Notes: generated by a model not told the origin, from the letters alone. 32,000 nucleotides of DNA from Copranaerobaculum intestinale (GCF_009831105.1 NZ_WUUQ01000002.1:330001-362000); one strand, 5' to 3'; positions 17,043 to 27,373 are shown, numbered from the stretch's first letter. A program made the numbers and translations.

Positions 17043-17652
17043 GAATGTCTATGAAAAAGCTTGGTGGAAAGAAGGCCGTCAGCATATCATCGGATTGGAT
17101 GAAGCCGGACGGGGACCATTGGCCGGGCCTCTGGTTGTAGCAGCGGTAGCATTTCCAATCGGATATGAGCATGAAGCGATTTATGATTCTAAGAAGGTGT
17201 CAGAGAAGAAGCGCGAGCAATTGTTTCGGGAAATCATTGAGCAGGCTGAGGAATATCATATTGCAATCATTGAACCGAAAATTATTGATGAACAGAATAT
17301 TTATCGGGCAACTCAGCATGCGATGGAAGCTTTGGTGCAGCAGTTTCAATATGCAGATGGGGTGCTGAGCGATGCGATGCCGCTTCCCGGATGTGCAGTG
17401 GAAACCATCGATTTGGTCAAAGGCGACCAGAAAAGCGTCAGTATTGCGGCTGCCAGTATTTTGGCGAAGGTGACCCGTGATCATATCATGATGGGCTATG
17501 ATCATCTGTATCCGCAGTATGGATTTGCCCGCCATAAGGGATATGGCACAAAAGAACATCTTGCAGCCTTGAAAAAATATGGAGTATTGCCGATTCATCG
17601 GCTGAGCTACGCTCCGGTCGCCCAAATGAGGCAGCTTCAGTTAGAGCTTTAG
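17032..17652 (+). CDS. rnhB: Ribonuclease HII
   Basis: 206 aa from ATG 17032 (GGGAG 7 nt upstream; 11-nt overlap with the rbgA stop). GLDEAGRGPLAGPLV and DSKK..EK.RE are RNase HII motifs. The longer track ORF from 16942 would overlap rbgA by 100 nt. Confidence 0.93.
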   Translation: MKCENVYEKAWWKEGRQHIIGLDEAGRGPLAGPLVVAAVAFPIGYEHEAIYDSKKVSEKKREQLFREIIEQAEEYHIAIIEPKIIDEQNIYRATQHAMEALVQQFQYADGVLSDAMPLPGCAVETIDLVKGDQKSVSIAAASILAKVTRDHIMMGYDHLYPQYGFARHKGYGTKEHLAALKKYGVLPIHRLSYAPVAQMRQLQLEL

Positions 17653-17686
17653 AAATTCCTGAAAGGATTAGGAATTTCTTTTTTTA
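17651..17686 (+). terminator. Rho-independent terminator after rnhB
   Basis: 10-bp stem agaaattcct (17651-17660) / aggaatttct (17670-17679), followed by a T run. Confidence 0.85.
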
Positions 17687-17757
17687 TACCTTATATATAA
17701 ATGTGGATATAGTCTGATGGAATAAAGCATATCCGGCAGGGATCAGAAGATCTGTTC

Positions 17758-18549
17758 ATGAAGAGAAAACAGCTATGGGAAGGCGGATATAGGAAAATGA
17801 ATATTGCAGAGAAACAGAATATGCGAAAACAGATACTGGCTTATGCACTGCGCTATCAGGGAGATTGGAATAAAATTGCCAAAGCGATTGCTGAACAGGA
17901 GCGTTGGACAGCGATCAGTTATCCGGAAAATTATGTGACAGTGTTTGAGGAAGCATATCCGCAAGCACTGCGAAATCTGCAGTTTGCACCGTGGATTTTG
18001 TTTTACCGCGGAGATTTGAGCTTAACAAACCAATCGGCAATCAGTGTGGTCGGCAGTCGTAATCCGGATGAGTATGCATTGCGGCAGTGTCAGCGAATTG
18101 TGAATTTGCTGAAACCGCATGAAGTAATTATCAGCGGGCTGGCAAAGGGAATTGATGGCGCTGCTCATCAGGAAGCGTTGTCTCATCGAACGATCGGTGT
18201 GATAGGATGCGGCTTGGATATCGGTTATCCGAAGGTGAACCGGCAGCTGCAAAAACAGATGGAGGAGCACCATCTGGTGCTCAGTGAATATCCCAATGGA
18301 GTAAAGCCGCTGGCTTTTCACTTTCCCTGGCGCAACCGTATTCTGGCGGCTTTGGGAAGAGCGCTGATTGTGGTAGCGGCGGCACCGCACAGCGGAACCA
18401 TGCTGACGGTGAATGAAGCACTTGCATGCAGCCGTCCGGTATATTGTGTTCCTCATGCGATGGATAGTCCCTGCGGCCTTGGCTGTAATCTCTTGATATC
18501 ACAAGGAGCATTCATCCTCTGTGAAGAAGATGATATCGCAAATATTTAA
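17758..18549 (+). CDS. dprA: DNA-processing protein DprA (Smf)
   Basis: 263 aa. Rossmann-like core ISVVGSRNP..YA...ISGLAKGIDGAAHQEAL...GVIGCGLD..YP. Sits directly upstream of topA, as in B. subtilis. The start is uncertain (alternative ATG at 17797). Confidence 0.88.
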   Translation: MKRKQLWEGGYRKMNIAEKQNMRKQILAYALRYQGDWNKIAKAIAEQERWTAISYPENYVTVFEEAYPQALRNLQFAPWILFYRGDLSLTNQSAISVVGSRNPDEYALRQCQRIVNLLKPHEVIISGLAKGIDGAAHQEALSHRTIGVIGCGLDIGYPKVNRQLQKQMEEHHLVLSEYPNGVKPLAFHFPWRNRILAALGRALIVVAAAPHSGTMLTVNEALACSRPVYCVPHAMDSPCGLGCNLLISQGAFILCEEDDIANI

Positions 18550-18557
18550 ACTTGTAT

Positions 18558-18587
18558 TTGACAAAATTGAAAAATAGGCAATAATAT
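18558..18587 (+). promoter_or_regulatory. Candidate sigma-A promoter for topA
   Basis: TTGACA (18558-18563), 18-nt spacer, TAATAT (18582-18587). Confidence 0.55.
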
Positions 18588-18614
18588 AGTACGAAGTTCC
18601 TCAGGAGGAGTTAT

Positions 18615-20819
18615 ATGAAGAAATTAGTTATCGTTGAGTCTCCAAGCAAATCAAAAACGATTGAGAAATATTTAGGCAAAGATTATACCGTTGTGTCCAG
18701 CAAAGGGCATATCCGCGATTTAGCAACATCGGGAAAAGGCGGTCTCGGTATTGATATTGATAATGATTTTAAAGCAACCTATAAAATCAGTCCGGACAAG
18801 CGTGAAATTGTAAAGGAATTGAAGAATGATGTGAAAAAGGTCGATGAAGTCTATCTGGCAAGTGATCCCGATCGTGAAGGGGAAGCAATTGCATGGCACC
18901 TGGCTCAGGAGCTGGGACTGGATATGAATGAACAGAATCGTATTATTTTTCATGAAATTACGAAAAATGCGGTATTGGAAGCATTTGATCACCCTCGTTC
19001 AATCGACCAGGATCTAGTGAAATCACAGGAAACTCGTCGTATGCTCGACCGCATTATCGGGTTTAAACTATCTAAGCTATTGCAAAGCAAGATCAAGTCT
19101 AAGTCAGCCGGCCGCGTGCAGTCCGTAGCACTACGGTTGATCGTTGAGCGGGAAAATGAAATTCGCGCTTTTAAGAGTGAAGAGTACTGGACTTTACAGG
19201 CCAATATTGAAAAAGATGAAGCAAAATTCAGTGCTAATCTGGTAAGAGTGGACGGCAAAAAGGCTGAGCTGCACAATCAGGAAGAAACCGATGCAGTCAT
19301 CAATCGCTGTGTTGGTGATTTTACAGTATCTTCGATTGAGAAAAAAGTTCGCAAGAAAGAATCGAAAATGCCGTTTATTACATCAACGCTCCAACAGGAG
19401 GCGAGCACCAAGCTTGGATTTGGTGCGAAAAAGACCATGCAGATCGCACAGAAATTGTATGAAGGTATTGATTTAGGCGGTCATAGTGAAGGCTTGATTT
19501 CCTATATGCGTACCGATTCGACGCGTATGTCTGATTTATTTATCAAGGATGCCATGCAATACATCGAATCTGAATTCGGTAAAGAATATGTCGGCAAGGC
19601 TCGCCAGAAAAATAACGAAAATGCACAGGATGCTCACGAGGCAATTCGTCCGACCAGCATTGACAACGCTCCGGATAAGGTAAAGCAGTATTTGACCAAC
19701 GATCAGTATAAGCTGTATAAGCTGATCTATATCCGCGCTATGTCATCTTTGATGGCACCGGCAAAAAGCAATGTCGTGAATGCAACAATTGTGAATAACG
19801 GCTGTGAATTTACGGCCAGCGGCTCAATCATTGTATTCGATGGTTATTTAAAACTGTATCATGAATATGAACAGACCAAGGATGAACTGCTGCCGCTTTT
19901 AAAGGAACAGGAAATTCTGGAGCATGTGGAACTGGAAGGGAAACAGCACTTTACTGAGCCGCCGCTTCGTTATTCAGAAGCCCGTCTGATCAAGGAAATG
20001 GAAGAAAAGGGAATCGGACGTCCTTCTACCTATGCGATTATTATTGATACGCTGCAGGCTCGCGGCTATGTATCGCTAGAGAAGCCAAGTGAGGGAAGCA
20101 AAACCAAAGTGTTTGTTCCTACCGATCAGGGAGAACTCACGGATGAAAAGCTGCAGGAGTTTTTCTCGAGTATCATCAATGTCATGTATACGGCAAACAT
20201 GGAACATCATCTCGATGAAATCGCCGGCGGTGAACGCGATCATATTCGCGAACTGCGGACGTTCTATGACGAGTTTGAACCGTTGTTAGAAACCGCATAT
20301 GAAAAAATGGAAAAGAAAGAACTGGAGCGTACCGGAGAGATGTGTCCGGACTGCGGCAGTGAGCTGGTATACCGCAACGGCCGCTATGGGCGGTTTATTT
20401 CCTGCATCAATTTTCCAACCTGCCGATATACGAAAAATGAAAATCCGGAAGAAAATGAGGAAAGTGAAGAAACCTGTCCGCAGTGCGGCAGTAAGATGGT
20501 CATGAAAAAAGGCCGTTATGGGTCCTTCTTAGCTTGTTCCAACTATCCGGAATGTAAATATATCAAGAATAACAAGGTAAAGGAACCGCCGGTTTTGACC
20601 GGTGAGAAATGTCCGGACTGCGGCAGTGACCTGGTACAGCGCAAATCTCGTTTTGGTACAACATTTATTGGCTGCTCCAATTATCCAAAATGCCGATATA
20701 TAAAGAAAGAGCCTAAGGATGAAACAAAGAAAGCATCTGCAGAAAAGAAAGCGGTGCGTAAAACGACAAAAAAGGCGGTAAAGAAATCCGTTAAAAAAGT
20801 TGCGGGAGATGAGGCATGA
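18615..20819 (+). CDS. topA: DNA topoisomerase I
   Basis: 734 aa. TOPRIM start [27 protein letters not shown], active-site region [10 protein letters not shown], three C-terminal C4 zinc ribbons (CPDCGS...C..FP.C, CPQCGS..., CPDCGS...) and a Lys-rich tail. Confidence 0.97.
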   Translation: MKKLVIVESPSKSKTIEKYLGKDYTVVSSKGHIRDLATSGKGGLGIDIDNDFKATYKISPDKREIVKELKNDVKKVDEVYLASDPDREGEAIAWHLAQELGLDMNEQNRIIFHEITKNAVLEAFDHPRSIDQDLVKSQETRRMLDRIIGFKLSKLLQSKIKSKSAGRVQSVALRLIVERENEIRAFKSEEYWTLQANIEKDEAKFSANLVRVDGKKAELHNQEETDAVINRCVGDFTVSSIEKKVRKKESKMPFITSTLQQEASTKLGFGAKKTMQIAQKLYEGIDLGGHSEGLISYMRTDSTRMSDLFIKDAMQYIESEFGKEYVGKARQKNNENAQDAHEAIRPTSIDNAPDKVKQYLTNDQYKLYKLIYIRAMSSLMAPAKSNVVNATIVNNGCEFTASGSIIVFDGYLKLYHEYEQTKDELLPLLKEQEILEHVELEGKQHFTEPPLRYSEARLIKEMEEKGIGRPSTYAIIIDTLQARGYVSLEKPSEGSKTKVFVPTDQGELTDEKLQEFFSSIINVMYTANMEHHLDEIAGGERDHIRELRTFYDEFEPLLETAYEKMEKKELERTGEMCPDCGSELVYRNGRYGRFISCINFPTCRYTKNENPEENEESEETCPQCGSKMVMKKGRYGSFLACSNYPECKYIKNNKVKEPPVLTGEKCPDCGSDLVQRKSRFGTTFIGCSNYPKCRYIKKEPKDETKKASAEKKAVRKTTKKAVKKSVKKVAGDEA

Positions 20820-22111
20820 AGCAGGTAACTGTAGTCGGTGCCGGGCTTGCGGGCTGTGAAGCAGCCTGGCAGTTGGCCAATCGCGGTATTTCTGTAACTC
20901 TGATCGAAATGCGTCCGGTAAAAATGACGCCGGCACATAAAACTGCGGATTTTGCAGAACTGGTATGTTCTAATTCCCTGCGTTCCGATGCACTCACCAA
21001 TGCCGTAGGGGTATTGAAACAGGAAATGCGAATGCTGAATTCCGTTATTATGGAGGCGGCTGACGCCCATCGCGTACCCGCAGGCTCTGCATTAGCGGTA
21101 GACCGTGAAGCGTTCGCAAAAACAGTAACTGAAAAAATCAGCAGTCATCCAAATATCACGATCGAACATCGGGAAGTATGCGAGCTACCGTCTGGTCCGG
21201 TAATTTTAGCTACCGGTCCGCTCACTAGTGATGCTTTAGGCAAAGCAGTCAAAGCGCTGCTTCATGAGGATACTTTTTACTTTTATGATGCGGCGGCGCC
21301 AATCGTGGAGCGCGACAGTATTGATTTTACCAAGGCATATTTTAAATCCCGTTATGACAAGGGTGATGCAGATTATATCAATTGCCCGATGAATGAAGAA
21401 GAATTTCATCGGTTTTATGAGGAATTGATTCACGCAAAAACTGCTGATATGCATGAGTTTGAAGATGAAAAATATTTTGAAGGATGTATGCCGTTTGAGG
21501 AAATGGCCCGACGCGGAGAAAAAACCCTGCTATTTGGTCCAATGAAGCCGGTCGGTCTGCAGCGACCTGATGGAACGCGGCCGTATGCAGTCGTACAGCT
21601 TCGTCAGGATAATGCGGCAGCCAGTTTATATAACATTGTAGGGTTTCAGACACATTTGACCTGGGGAGAACAAAAACGCATTCTAGCACTGGTACCGGGG
21701 CTTGAAAATGCCAGCATAGTACGTTATGGGGTAATGCACCGCAATACTTATATCTGTTCTCCAAAAGTTTTAAAACCTACCTATCAATGCACATTAAGAG
21801 ACGATTTATATTTTGCCGGGCAGATGTGCGGAGTCGAGGGTTATGTGGAAAGTGCCGCCAGTGGATTATTGGCAGGGATCAATATGGCGAAGCAGCTGCT
21901 TAATGAAGCACAGATCATATTGCCGCCAACCTGTGTCATGGGTTCTATGGCACATTATATAACGCATACGCATCCTGATTATTTTCAGCCGATGAATGCG
22001 AATTTTGGCATCATGCAGCTGCTGGTTAATGTCAAAAAGAAAGATCGTAAAGAAGCCTATGGAAAACAGGCGTTGGAAGTGATGGAATCATGGCTGCCCA
22101 AATTGACGTAA
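20816..22111 (+). CDS. trmFO: Methylenetetrahydrofolate--tRNA-(uracil54-C5)-methyltransferase TrmFO (Gid)
   Basis: 431 aa. FAD-binding [18 protein letters not shown], and [15 protein letters not shown] overlap with topA. Confidence 0.95.
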   Translation: MKQVTVVGAGLAGCEAAWQLANRGISVTLIEMRPVKMTPAHKTADFAELVCSNSLRSDALTNAVGVLKQEMRMLNSVIMEAADAHRVPAGSALAVDREAFAKTVTEKISSHPNITIEHREVCELPSGPVILATGPLTSDALGKAVKALLHEDTFYFYDAAAPIVERDSIDFTKAYFKSRYDKGDADYINCPMNEEEFHRFYEELIHAKTADMHEFEDEKYFEGCMPFEEMARRGEKTLLFGPMKPVGLQRPDGTRPYAVVQLRQDNAAASLYNIVGFQTHLTWGEQKRILALVPGLENASIVRYGVMHRNTYICSPKVLKPTYQCTLRDDLYFAGQMCGVEGYVESAASGLLAGINMAKQLLNEAQIILPPTCVMGSMAHYITHTHPDYFQPMNANFGIMQLLVNVKKKDRKEAYGKQALEVMESWLPKLT

Positions 22112-23013
22112 TGAAGCAGCAGCTTCAGCAGTTTTTGAATTTTGTCAAGCAAAGAAATACCGGTTCCAAGCATACCTTGGATGCCTATGAACTGGATATA
22201 TCGGATTTTATCGCATATCTGTCCAGCCAATCTGTGGATACCTTTGATGATGTTGATCGGATTGTCGTTATGAATTATATTGCCGAACTAAGACTTCGCG
22301 GGGGGCGGCAGGGGGCCATGAAAAATACCACGGTGGCCAGACATCTGTCCTCGCTGCGTTCGTTCTATCATTATTTGAATACCTATGTCGGTGTTATTCA
22401 TAATCCATTCCTTTATGTGAAAAGTCCAAAACGAGCTAAACGAATACCTGAATTTTTGTTTTATGATGAGATGGATGCTTTTCTTGCTTCAATTGATGAG
22501 CAGGATGAGGCAGGGATCCGCAATCGCGCAATGTTTGAAATCATGTATGCCTGTGGCTTGCGTGTCAGTGAAGTTGTTCAGCTGAAGCTTTCGGATATTG
22601 ATTTTCAGGATCAGATACTGCATGTGCTCGGTAAAGGCGACAAACAGCGGCTCGTCCCTTTTTATGATCTTGCGAAAGATAAGCTGTTATATTATATCCA
22701 GCATGTCCGGAGTAAATGGATGCATCAGGTAACGCATGAGTATGTCTTTATCAACCAGCGCGGCGGTCAGCTGACGTCTCGTGGTGTCCAATACCTCATG
22801 GAAAAGCAGGCCACGCTTTGTAATCTGCATATCCATGTGCATCCGCATATGTTTCGACATACCTTTGCCACCCATTTGCTTGATAATGGAGCTGACCTTC
22901 GCGTGGTACAGGAACTGCTCGGTCATTCTTCGTTGTCAACGACGCAGATTTACGTGCATGTAACGCAGGATCGGCTGAAAAAGGTATATGATCAAGCGCA
23001 TCCAAGAGCTTGA
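22090..23013 (+). CDS. xerC: Tyrosine recombinase XerC (CodV-type chromosome dimer resolvase)
   Basis: 307 aa. ACGLRVSEV (Arg I), [12 protein letters not shown] (H-x-x-R), [14 protein letters not shown] (catalytic Tyr). Lies in the conserved topA-trmFO-xerC context. Alternative start at 22111 (TAATG overlap). Confidence 0.9.
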   Translation: MAAQIDVMKQQLQQFLNFVKQRNTGSKHTLDAYELDISDFIAYLSSQSVDTFDDVDRIVVMNYIAELRLRGGRQGAMKNTTVARHLSSLRSFYHYLNTYVGVIHNPFLYVKSPKRAKRIPEFLFYDEMDAFLASIDEQDEAGIRNRAMFEIMYACGLRVSEVVQLKLSDIDFQDQILHVLGKGDKQRLVPFYDLAKDKLLYYIQHVRSKWMHQVTHEYVFINQRGGQLTSRGVQYLMEKQATLCNLHIHVHPHMFRHTFATHLLDNGADLRVVQELLGHSSLSTTQIYVHVTQDRLKKVYDQAHPRA

Positions 23014-23088
23014 TTCCCATAAAATGTATGAATTTTATTTGCTTTTCTTGTGTTTTTATACGAACTGTTGTATGATATCAGAAAGATT

Positions 23089-23129
23089 ATGTCTATAAAA
23101 GTGTACAAATATAGACATTCTTTTTTTTT
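23089..23129 (+). terminator. Rho-independent terminator downstream of xerC
   Basis: 9-bp stem atgtctata (23089-23097) / tatagacat (23110-23118), 12-nt loop, tail tcT9. Confidence 0.65.
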
Positions 23130-23251
23130 GATTTTTTACCTGCATTTGGTAATATTTTTAGATAATTACAGTAATTTCTGTGCCTTAACCTCTTTCTTTG
23201 AAAGGTACACATTCGTACACAATTTGATATTATCTTTCAGGAGGAACGCAT

Positions 23252-23905
23252 ATGAAATGGTATGAAAAGCAAAAAATGATATTCGCGACGAAAGAAAAAA
23301 AAGATGAATGGCCCAATGCAGATGTGAAGGAATTGAGCGAAGAAGCGTCAAATAAGGAAAAGGATGATAAATTGTCGGAAATAGTAGAAGCGATGATTGT
23401 GGAAGAGGAAGCGGCAGCAGGGGAAAAACACTCCTTTGAACCGACAATAATTGGAGAGGGATGCGTGATTGAAGGGAATATTACAACCGCAGGTGATATG
23501 GTCTTTCAGGGCAATGAGATCCGAGGAAATCTTGAAACGCACGGGAATCTTGAATTTACCGGTACAATTATCGGTGATATAATCTGTCATGGGAATTTAT
23601 CCGTGAAAAGGGCTACTATGCAGGGAAATATCCAATGCGGTGAAGCACGAATTGAAAATGGCAGTATCGAAGGAGATATATCCTGTAGCGGAAAGGTTAC
23701 GGTTGAGAAAGATTCATCGATAAACGGCAACATAACAACAGAAAGCATGGAAACAAACGGACAGATAAACGGACAGATAATTGCTTCGAAGTCGGTTTGT
23801 CTTGCCTCCTCTGCAATCATGCTCGGTGATGTGAGCAGCGGCGATATTGAAATAGAGCGAGGGGCACTCATGCGCGGAAATATTATAATGAAGCAGGATA
23901 ATTAA
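23252..23905 (+). CDS. Bactofilin-family polymer-forming cytoskeletal protein with an acidic N-terminal extension
   Basis: 217 aa. From residue ~75 there are repeated beta-helix windings of the bactofilin/DUF583 type (IEGNITTAGDMVFQG..IRGNLETHGNLEFTGTIIGDIICHGNLSV...GNIQC...IEGDISCSGKVTV...INGNITT). SD aggagg 23241-23246. Confidence 0.8.
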   Translation: MKWYEKQKMIFATKEKKDEWPNADVKELSEEASNKEKDDKLSEIVEAMIVEEEAAAGEKHSFEPTIIGEGCVIEGNITTAGDMVFQGNEIRGNLETHGNLEFTGTIIGDIICHGNLSVKRATMQGNIQCGEARIENGSIEGDISCSGKVTVEKDSSINGNITTESMETNGQINGQIIASKSVCLASSAIMLGDVSSGDIEIERGALMRGNIIMKQDN

Positions 23906-23910
23906 GCAGA

Positions 23911-23947
23911 AACTGGATGAACAGAATTCATCCGGTTTTCTTTTTGG
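23911..23947 (+). terminator. Rho-independent terminator after the bactofilin gene
   Basis: 11-bp stem aactggatgaa (23911-23921) / ttcatccggtt (23927-23937) with one G-U pair, followed by a T-rich tail. Confidence 0.8.
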
Positions 23948-24006
23948 TTGACTATATCGATATTCGACTGTATAATGTAAATAGAAAGATGTATCGATAA
24001 TCGATA
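23948..24006 (+). promoter_or_regulatory. padR promoter with two ATCGAT-centred palindromes (candidate operators)
   Basis: TTGACT (23948-23953), 17-nt spacer, TATAAT (23971-23976). Palindrome ATATCGATAT (23954-23963) lies inside the spacer. Palindrome TATCGATaATCGATA (23992-24006) lies in the 5' UTR. Confidence 0.6.
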
Positions 24007-24019
24007 GTGTGGTGGTGAC

Positions 24020-24334
24020 ATGGCAAGAGAACAGTTAAAGACACTGACGGAACAGATGTACTATATCATGCTCGCACTGCGTCATGAAAACTTCGGCTAT
24101 GGAATTATGGAAGAAGTAAAAAAGCGTACTGGCGGCCGGGTTGAGATCGGTGCCGGCACCCTGTACGCCTTGCTTGCGCGGTTTGAAAAAGAGAAGATCA
24201 TTTGCTGTACCAGAGAAGAAGATCGCAAACGCTATTATCGCTTGGATGAAAAAGGAGAACAGATGCTGAAAGACGAGTACAGACGATTAAAGCAGTTGAT
24301 TCTGGATGGGGAAGAATTGGAGGAGGCAAAATGA
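24020..24334 (+). CDS. PadR-family transcriptional regulator
   Basis: 104 aa. Winged-helix signature YIMLAL....FGYGIMEEV........EIGAGTLYALLARFEKEKII...........RKRYYRLDEKG. Confidence 0.88.
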   Translation: MAREQLKTLTEQMYYIMLALRHENFGYGIMEEVKKRTGGRVEIGAGTLYALLARFEKEKIICCTREEDRKRYYRLDEKGEQMLKDEYRRLKQLILDGEELEEAK

Positions 24335-25131
24335 AAAAGAAAGAGAAGATCATGAGCTATCTGGCTATGGAATATAAACAGATGGAGCTGTATTTTGAAG
24401 ATATGGCAAAAAAGGGATGGTTGTTAAAGGATTATGAAGAGCTGTTCTTCAAACAGGTGAATAATGCCGTGTTCATGCAAAGCGAACCCAAAACGGTACA
24501 GTATTGTGTTGATTTTAAATCAAATGATTCTTATGACTATTTTGAAACCTGTCGTTTAAGCGGATGGAACTATGTGGCCTCGACATCGTATTTTCATATT
24601 TTTATGCATGAGGGTGAATCAATCGTTCCGCTTCAAAGTGATGAGAGAATTGAAAGTCAATTGATCTATGATCAGGTCTATCGCAAGGAGCTGCGTAAAT
24701 TTTATCGGGGCGTATTCATATTTATATTTATTATGTATCCGGGTATTGAACGGCTGCTGAACCCTGCCATATATGAAAACCCTGGATACACCGTCACTCA
24801 TTTGTCCGATTTGATGATGCTGGGCATGACCTTGCTGTATTTTCTGTATAGTGTAGTAATGATTGAAACGATCAGGCACATGATGAAAAAACGAACCTTT
24901 CTGAAGCGCAGCCGGCATCCGCTTTCACGGTTTCTCGGTATTTATCCCTTCACAGTCGCAATGACGATATTTATCATTTATGATATCATCAACAATCTGC
25001 AGCAGGGTAAGGCTCCTCTTGATCCGTTCGTATTGATAATTGCTGTTCTCATTTCCTTATGCTATTCAGGAATTTATGCAATCCGTAAAAAAGGCGAACG
25101 AATAGGAGAATCCTCGGTGTCTGATAAATGA
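24331..25131 (+). CDS. Membrane protein, probably DUF2812 family (the common PadR partner)
   Basis: 266 aa. ATGA overlap with padR. A soluble N-terminal half (EYKQMELYFEDMAKKGWLLKD) is followed by about four TM helices. The family call rests on remembered architecture and PadR adjacency, not on a search. Confidence 0.6.
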   Translation: MKKKEKIMSYLAMEYKQMELYFEDMAKKGWLLKDYEELFFKQVNNAVFMQSEPKTVQYCVDFKSNDSYDYFETCRLSGWNYVASTSYFHIFMHEGESIVPLQSDERIESQLIYDQVYRKELRKFYRGVFIFIFIMYPGIERLLNPAIYENPGYTVTHLSDLMMLGMTLLYFLYSVVMIETIRHMMKKRTFLKRSRHPLSRFLGIYPFTVAMTIFIIYDIINNLQQGKAPLDPFVLIIAVLISLCYSGIYAIRKKGERIGESSVSDK

Positions 25132-25170
25132 AAACAGCCTTAATAACTGCATGTTTTTGTAAAATAACAG

Positions 25171-25334
25171 TTGTAACTCAAATGGATTATGCTATAATAT
25201 ATATTGCGCAAAATTGCGCGAATACACACATCATGGATTCAGCAGCCCGTGCTCTAGAAACGCAAGGTGCATTTCGATAATGAGTTGCTGCTGTCAGAAA
25301 TGATGGAGGCTTAACGGAAAGTGAGGATTTATTT
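25171..25334 (+). promoter_or_regulatory. rpsB promoter and structured ~135-nt leader
   Basis: TTGTAA (25171-25176), 16-nt spacer ending in TGc, TATAAT (25193-25198). The leader contains the hairpin GCGCAAaaTTGCGC and a long-range pairing CAGCAGC...GCTGCTG. Confidence 0.5.
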
Positions 25335-26306
25335 ATGCCAGTTGTATCAATGAGAAAGTTATTAGAAGCTGGTGTTCACTTCGGTCATCAGACAAGACGC
25401 TGGAATCCGAAGATGAAACCAAACATCTACGCATCCAGAAATGGTGTTTACATCATTAACCTGGAGAAGACGATGGAACAGGTTGAAACTGCTTATGCCG
25501 CAATGAAGGATATTGCTGAAAAAGGCGGAAAAGTACTGTTCGTAGGAACAAAGAAACAGGCAACTGCCGTTGTTATGGAAGAAGCTCTGCGTTCTGGTTC
25601 ATTCTTTGTTAACCAGAGATGGTTAGGTGGTTTGCTGACAAACTTCCGTACAATTCAGAAGCGTGTTCGCCGTCTGATTGAAATCGAAGAAATGGAAGCA
25701 AGCGGTGTTATCGATGTTTATCCGAAGAAAGAAATTGCTCAGATCCGCAAACAGAAAGCGCGTTTGGAAAACTTCCTCGGTGGTATCAAGGAAATGAAAA
25801 AACTTCCGAATGCAGTCTTTGTGGTTGACCCTAAGGAAGAACACAATGCAGTAGCGGAAGCAAAAAAACTGGGTATCCCGGTATTTGCCATGGTTGATAC
25901 CAACTGTGATCCGGAATCGGTAGATTACCCGATTGCATCCAATGATGATGCTTTACGTTCTGTAAAACTGATCGTTACCCTGATGGCTGATGCGATTGTT
26001 GAAGCAAAGGGCGGTTTGCTGAGCGTAGCGCATAATGTAGATGAAAATGAAGCCGACGTTACGATGAAGGATGTTATCGTAAATGTTGAAGAACAGATTG
26101 CTGAAAATGAGCGTCGCCGCCGTCAGCGTAATGAAGAGCGCCGTAACCGCCGTCCTTATGACAAGAACCGCGGTCCTAGACGTGACGGCAATCGCCCTCC
26201 GTTCCAGAGAAGAGAAACGGAAGAAAATAAAAATGAAGCTGCAGCAAATGCAAATCAGGAAGCCAAAGCTGCTCCTGCTGAAGCAAAAGCTGAAGCTGCG
26301 AAATAA
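25335..26306 (+). CDS. rpsB: 30S ribosomal protein S2 with a long charged C-terminal extension
   Basis: 323 aa. [19 protein letters not shown] and the rest of the S2 core run to about residue 227. About 95 further residues are rich in Arg/Glu/Asn and then Ala/Lys/Glu. Confidence 0.96.
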   Translation: MPVVSMRKLLEAGVHFGHQTRRWNPKMKPNIYASRNGVYIINLEKTMEQVETAYAAMKDIAEKGGKVLFVGTKKQATAVVMEEALRSGSFFVNQRWLGGLLTNFRTIQKRVRRLIEIEEMEASGVIDVYPKKEIAQIRKQKARLENFLGGIKEMKKLPNAVFVVDPKEEHNAVAEAKKLGIPVFAMVDTNCDPESVDYPIASNDDALRSVKLIVTLMADAIVEAKGGLLSVAHNVDENEADVTMKDVIVNVEEQIAENERRRRQRNEERRNRRPYDKNRGPRRDGNRPPFQRRETEENKNEAAANANQEAKAAPAEAKAEAAK

Positions 26307-26323
26307 TAGGAGGCCACAGAAAT

Positions 26324-27214
26324 ATGGTTACTGCTAAGGATGTAAAGGAACTGCGTGAAAAAACTGGCGCAGGCATGATGGACTGTAAAAAAGCGCTGAC
26401 TGAGTGCGATGGTGATATGGCCAAAGCAATTGATTGGCTGCGTGAAAAGGGTATTGCTAAGGCTGCTAAAAAAGCTGATCGTATCGCTGCCGAGGGTCTT
26501 TCCCGCGTAGCGGTCGAGGGCAATACTGCCGTTGTATTCGAAGTTAATACAGAAACTGATTTTGTTGCGAAAAACGAACAGTTTTTAGGACTGCTGGATA
26601 CTATGAAGGAAGTATTTTTACAGGTTAAACCAGAATCTTTGGAAGCTGCTTTGGCTGCTGAAAAAGATGGTAAGAGCATTGAAACAATGATTACCGAAGC
26701 TACTGCTACGATCGGTGAAAAGATTTCGCTGCGTCGCGTTGCGGTTGTGACAAAGACTGATGATGAAATGTTCGGAAGCTATATGCATATGGGCGGAAGC
26801 ATTTCTGCTTTGGCATTATTAAAGGGAAAACAGGACGAAGCGGTTGCAAAGGATATCGCAATGCAGGTTGCATCTATGAACCCGGGATATGTTACGCGTA
26901 ACGACATGCCAAAAGAAATCGTTGATCACGAACGTGAAATTCAGACGGAAATCACAAAAGCAGACGAAAAGCTGGCAAACAAACCGGAAAAGGTTCTTGC
27001 TGGTATTATTGAAGGACGAGTATCTAAAAATCTGCAGGATATGTGTCTGGTAGAGCAGCCATTCTTTAAAAATCCTGATCAGAAGGTTGGTCAGTATGTG
27101 AAAGAGGCTGGTGCTGAAATTGTATCCTTCGTACGTTTTGCTGTAGGTGAGGGCATTGAAAAGCGTGAAGATAACTTTGCCGATGAGGTTATGAATCAGG
27201 CGTTTGGAAACTAA
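26324..27214 (+). CDS. tsf: Elongation factor Ts
   Basis: 296 aa. VKELREKTGAGMMDCKKAL.E..GDM.KAIDWLREKG UBA-like N-terminus, and TETDFVAKN. Confidence 0.97.
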   Translation: MVTAKDVKELREKTGAGMMDCKKALTECDGDMAKAIDWLREKGIAKAAKKADRIAAEGLSRVAVEGNTAVVFEVNTETDFVAKNEQFLGLLDTMKEVFLQVKPESLEAALAAEKDGKSIETMITEATATIGEKISLRRVAVVTKTDDEMFGSYMHMGGSISALALLKGKQDEAVAKDIAMQVASMNPGYVTRNDMPKEIVDHEREIQTEITKADEKLANKPEKVLAGIIEGRVSKNLQDMCLVEQPFFKNPDQKVGQYVKEAGAEIVSFVRFAVGEGIEKREDNFADEVMNQAFGN

Positions 27215-27217
27215 TTG

Positions 27218-27244
27218 AAAAGGACACAGCGTGTCCTTTTTTTA
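27218..27244 (+). terminator. Rho-independent terminator after tsf
   Basis: 9-bp stem aaaggacac (27219-27227) / gtgtccttt (27231-27239), 3-nt loop, then a T run. Confidence 0.8.
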
Positions 27245-27373
27245 AGGAAGAATATTTATCATTATATTTTTTATAAAACTGGTAAAGCTTCTTCTTTTTC
27301 TTGGCTATTTACGTTATAATAAAGACGTATTATGGCTGGATATGTATAACGACAAGGAGCAGGTGAATAATGT

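Noticed and set aside
18022-18456. 144-aa antisense ORF inside dprA
   Set aside because: It is embedded antisense to a motif-supported gene, and its Arg/Cys/His-rich composition is typical of a spurious frame.
20529-21070. Three overlapping - strand ORFs (135, 129 and 69 aa) across the topA/trmFO junction
   Set aside because: They are antisense to two high-confidence genes and have low-complexity Arg/Phe/Cys-rich translations.
22090-23013. Tyrosine recombinase as a prophage or integrative-element integrase
   Set aside because: It sits in the conserved topA-trmFO-xerC (codV) housekeeping context. It has Xer-type length and motifs, and there are no adjacent phage or mobility genes and no att-like repeats.
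23048-23129. Promoter-like TTGTGT-N17-TATGAT followed within ~10 nt by the 23089-23129 hairpin (a possible tiny RNA)
   Set aside because: The transcript would be only ~45 nt. The hairpin is adequately explained as the xerC terminator, and promoter-like hexamers are expected by chance in AT-rich spacer DNA.
23050-23265. 71-aa ORF on the + strand
   Set aside because: It lies in an AT-rich intergenic region, crosses the terminator and the bactofilin promoter/RBS, and has a Phe/Leu/Ile/Tyr-rich composition and no SD.
26176-26679. 167-aa antisense ORF over the rpsB tail and tsf
   Set aside because: It is antisense to two ribosomal/translation genes, with a low-complexity Ser/Ala/Leu translation.
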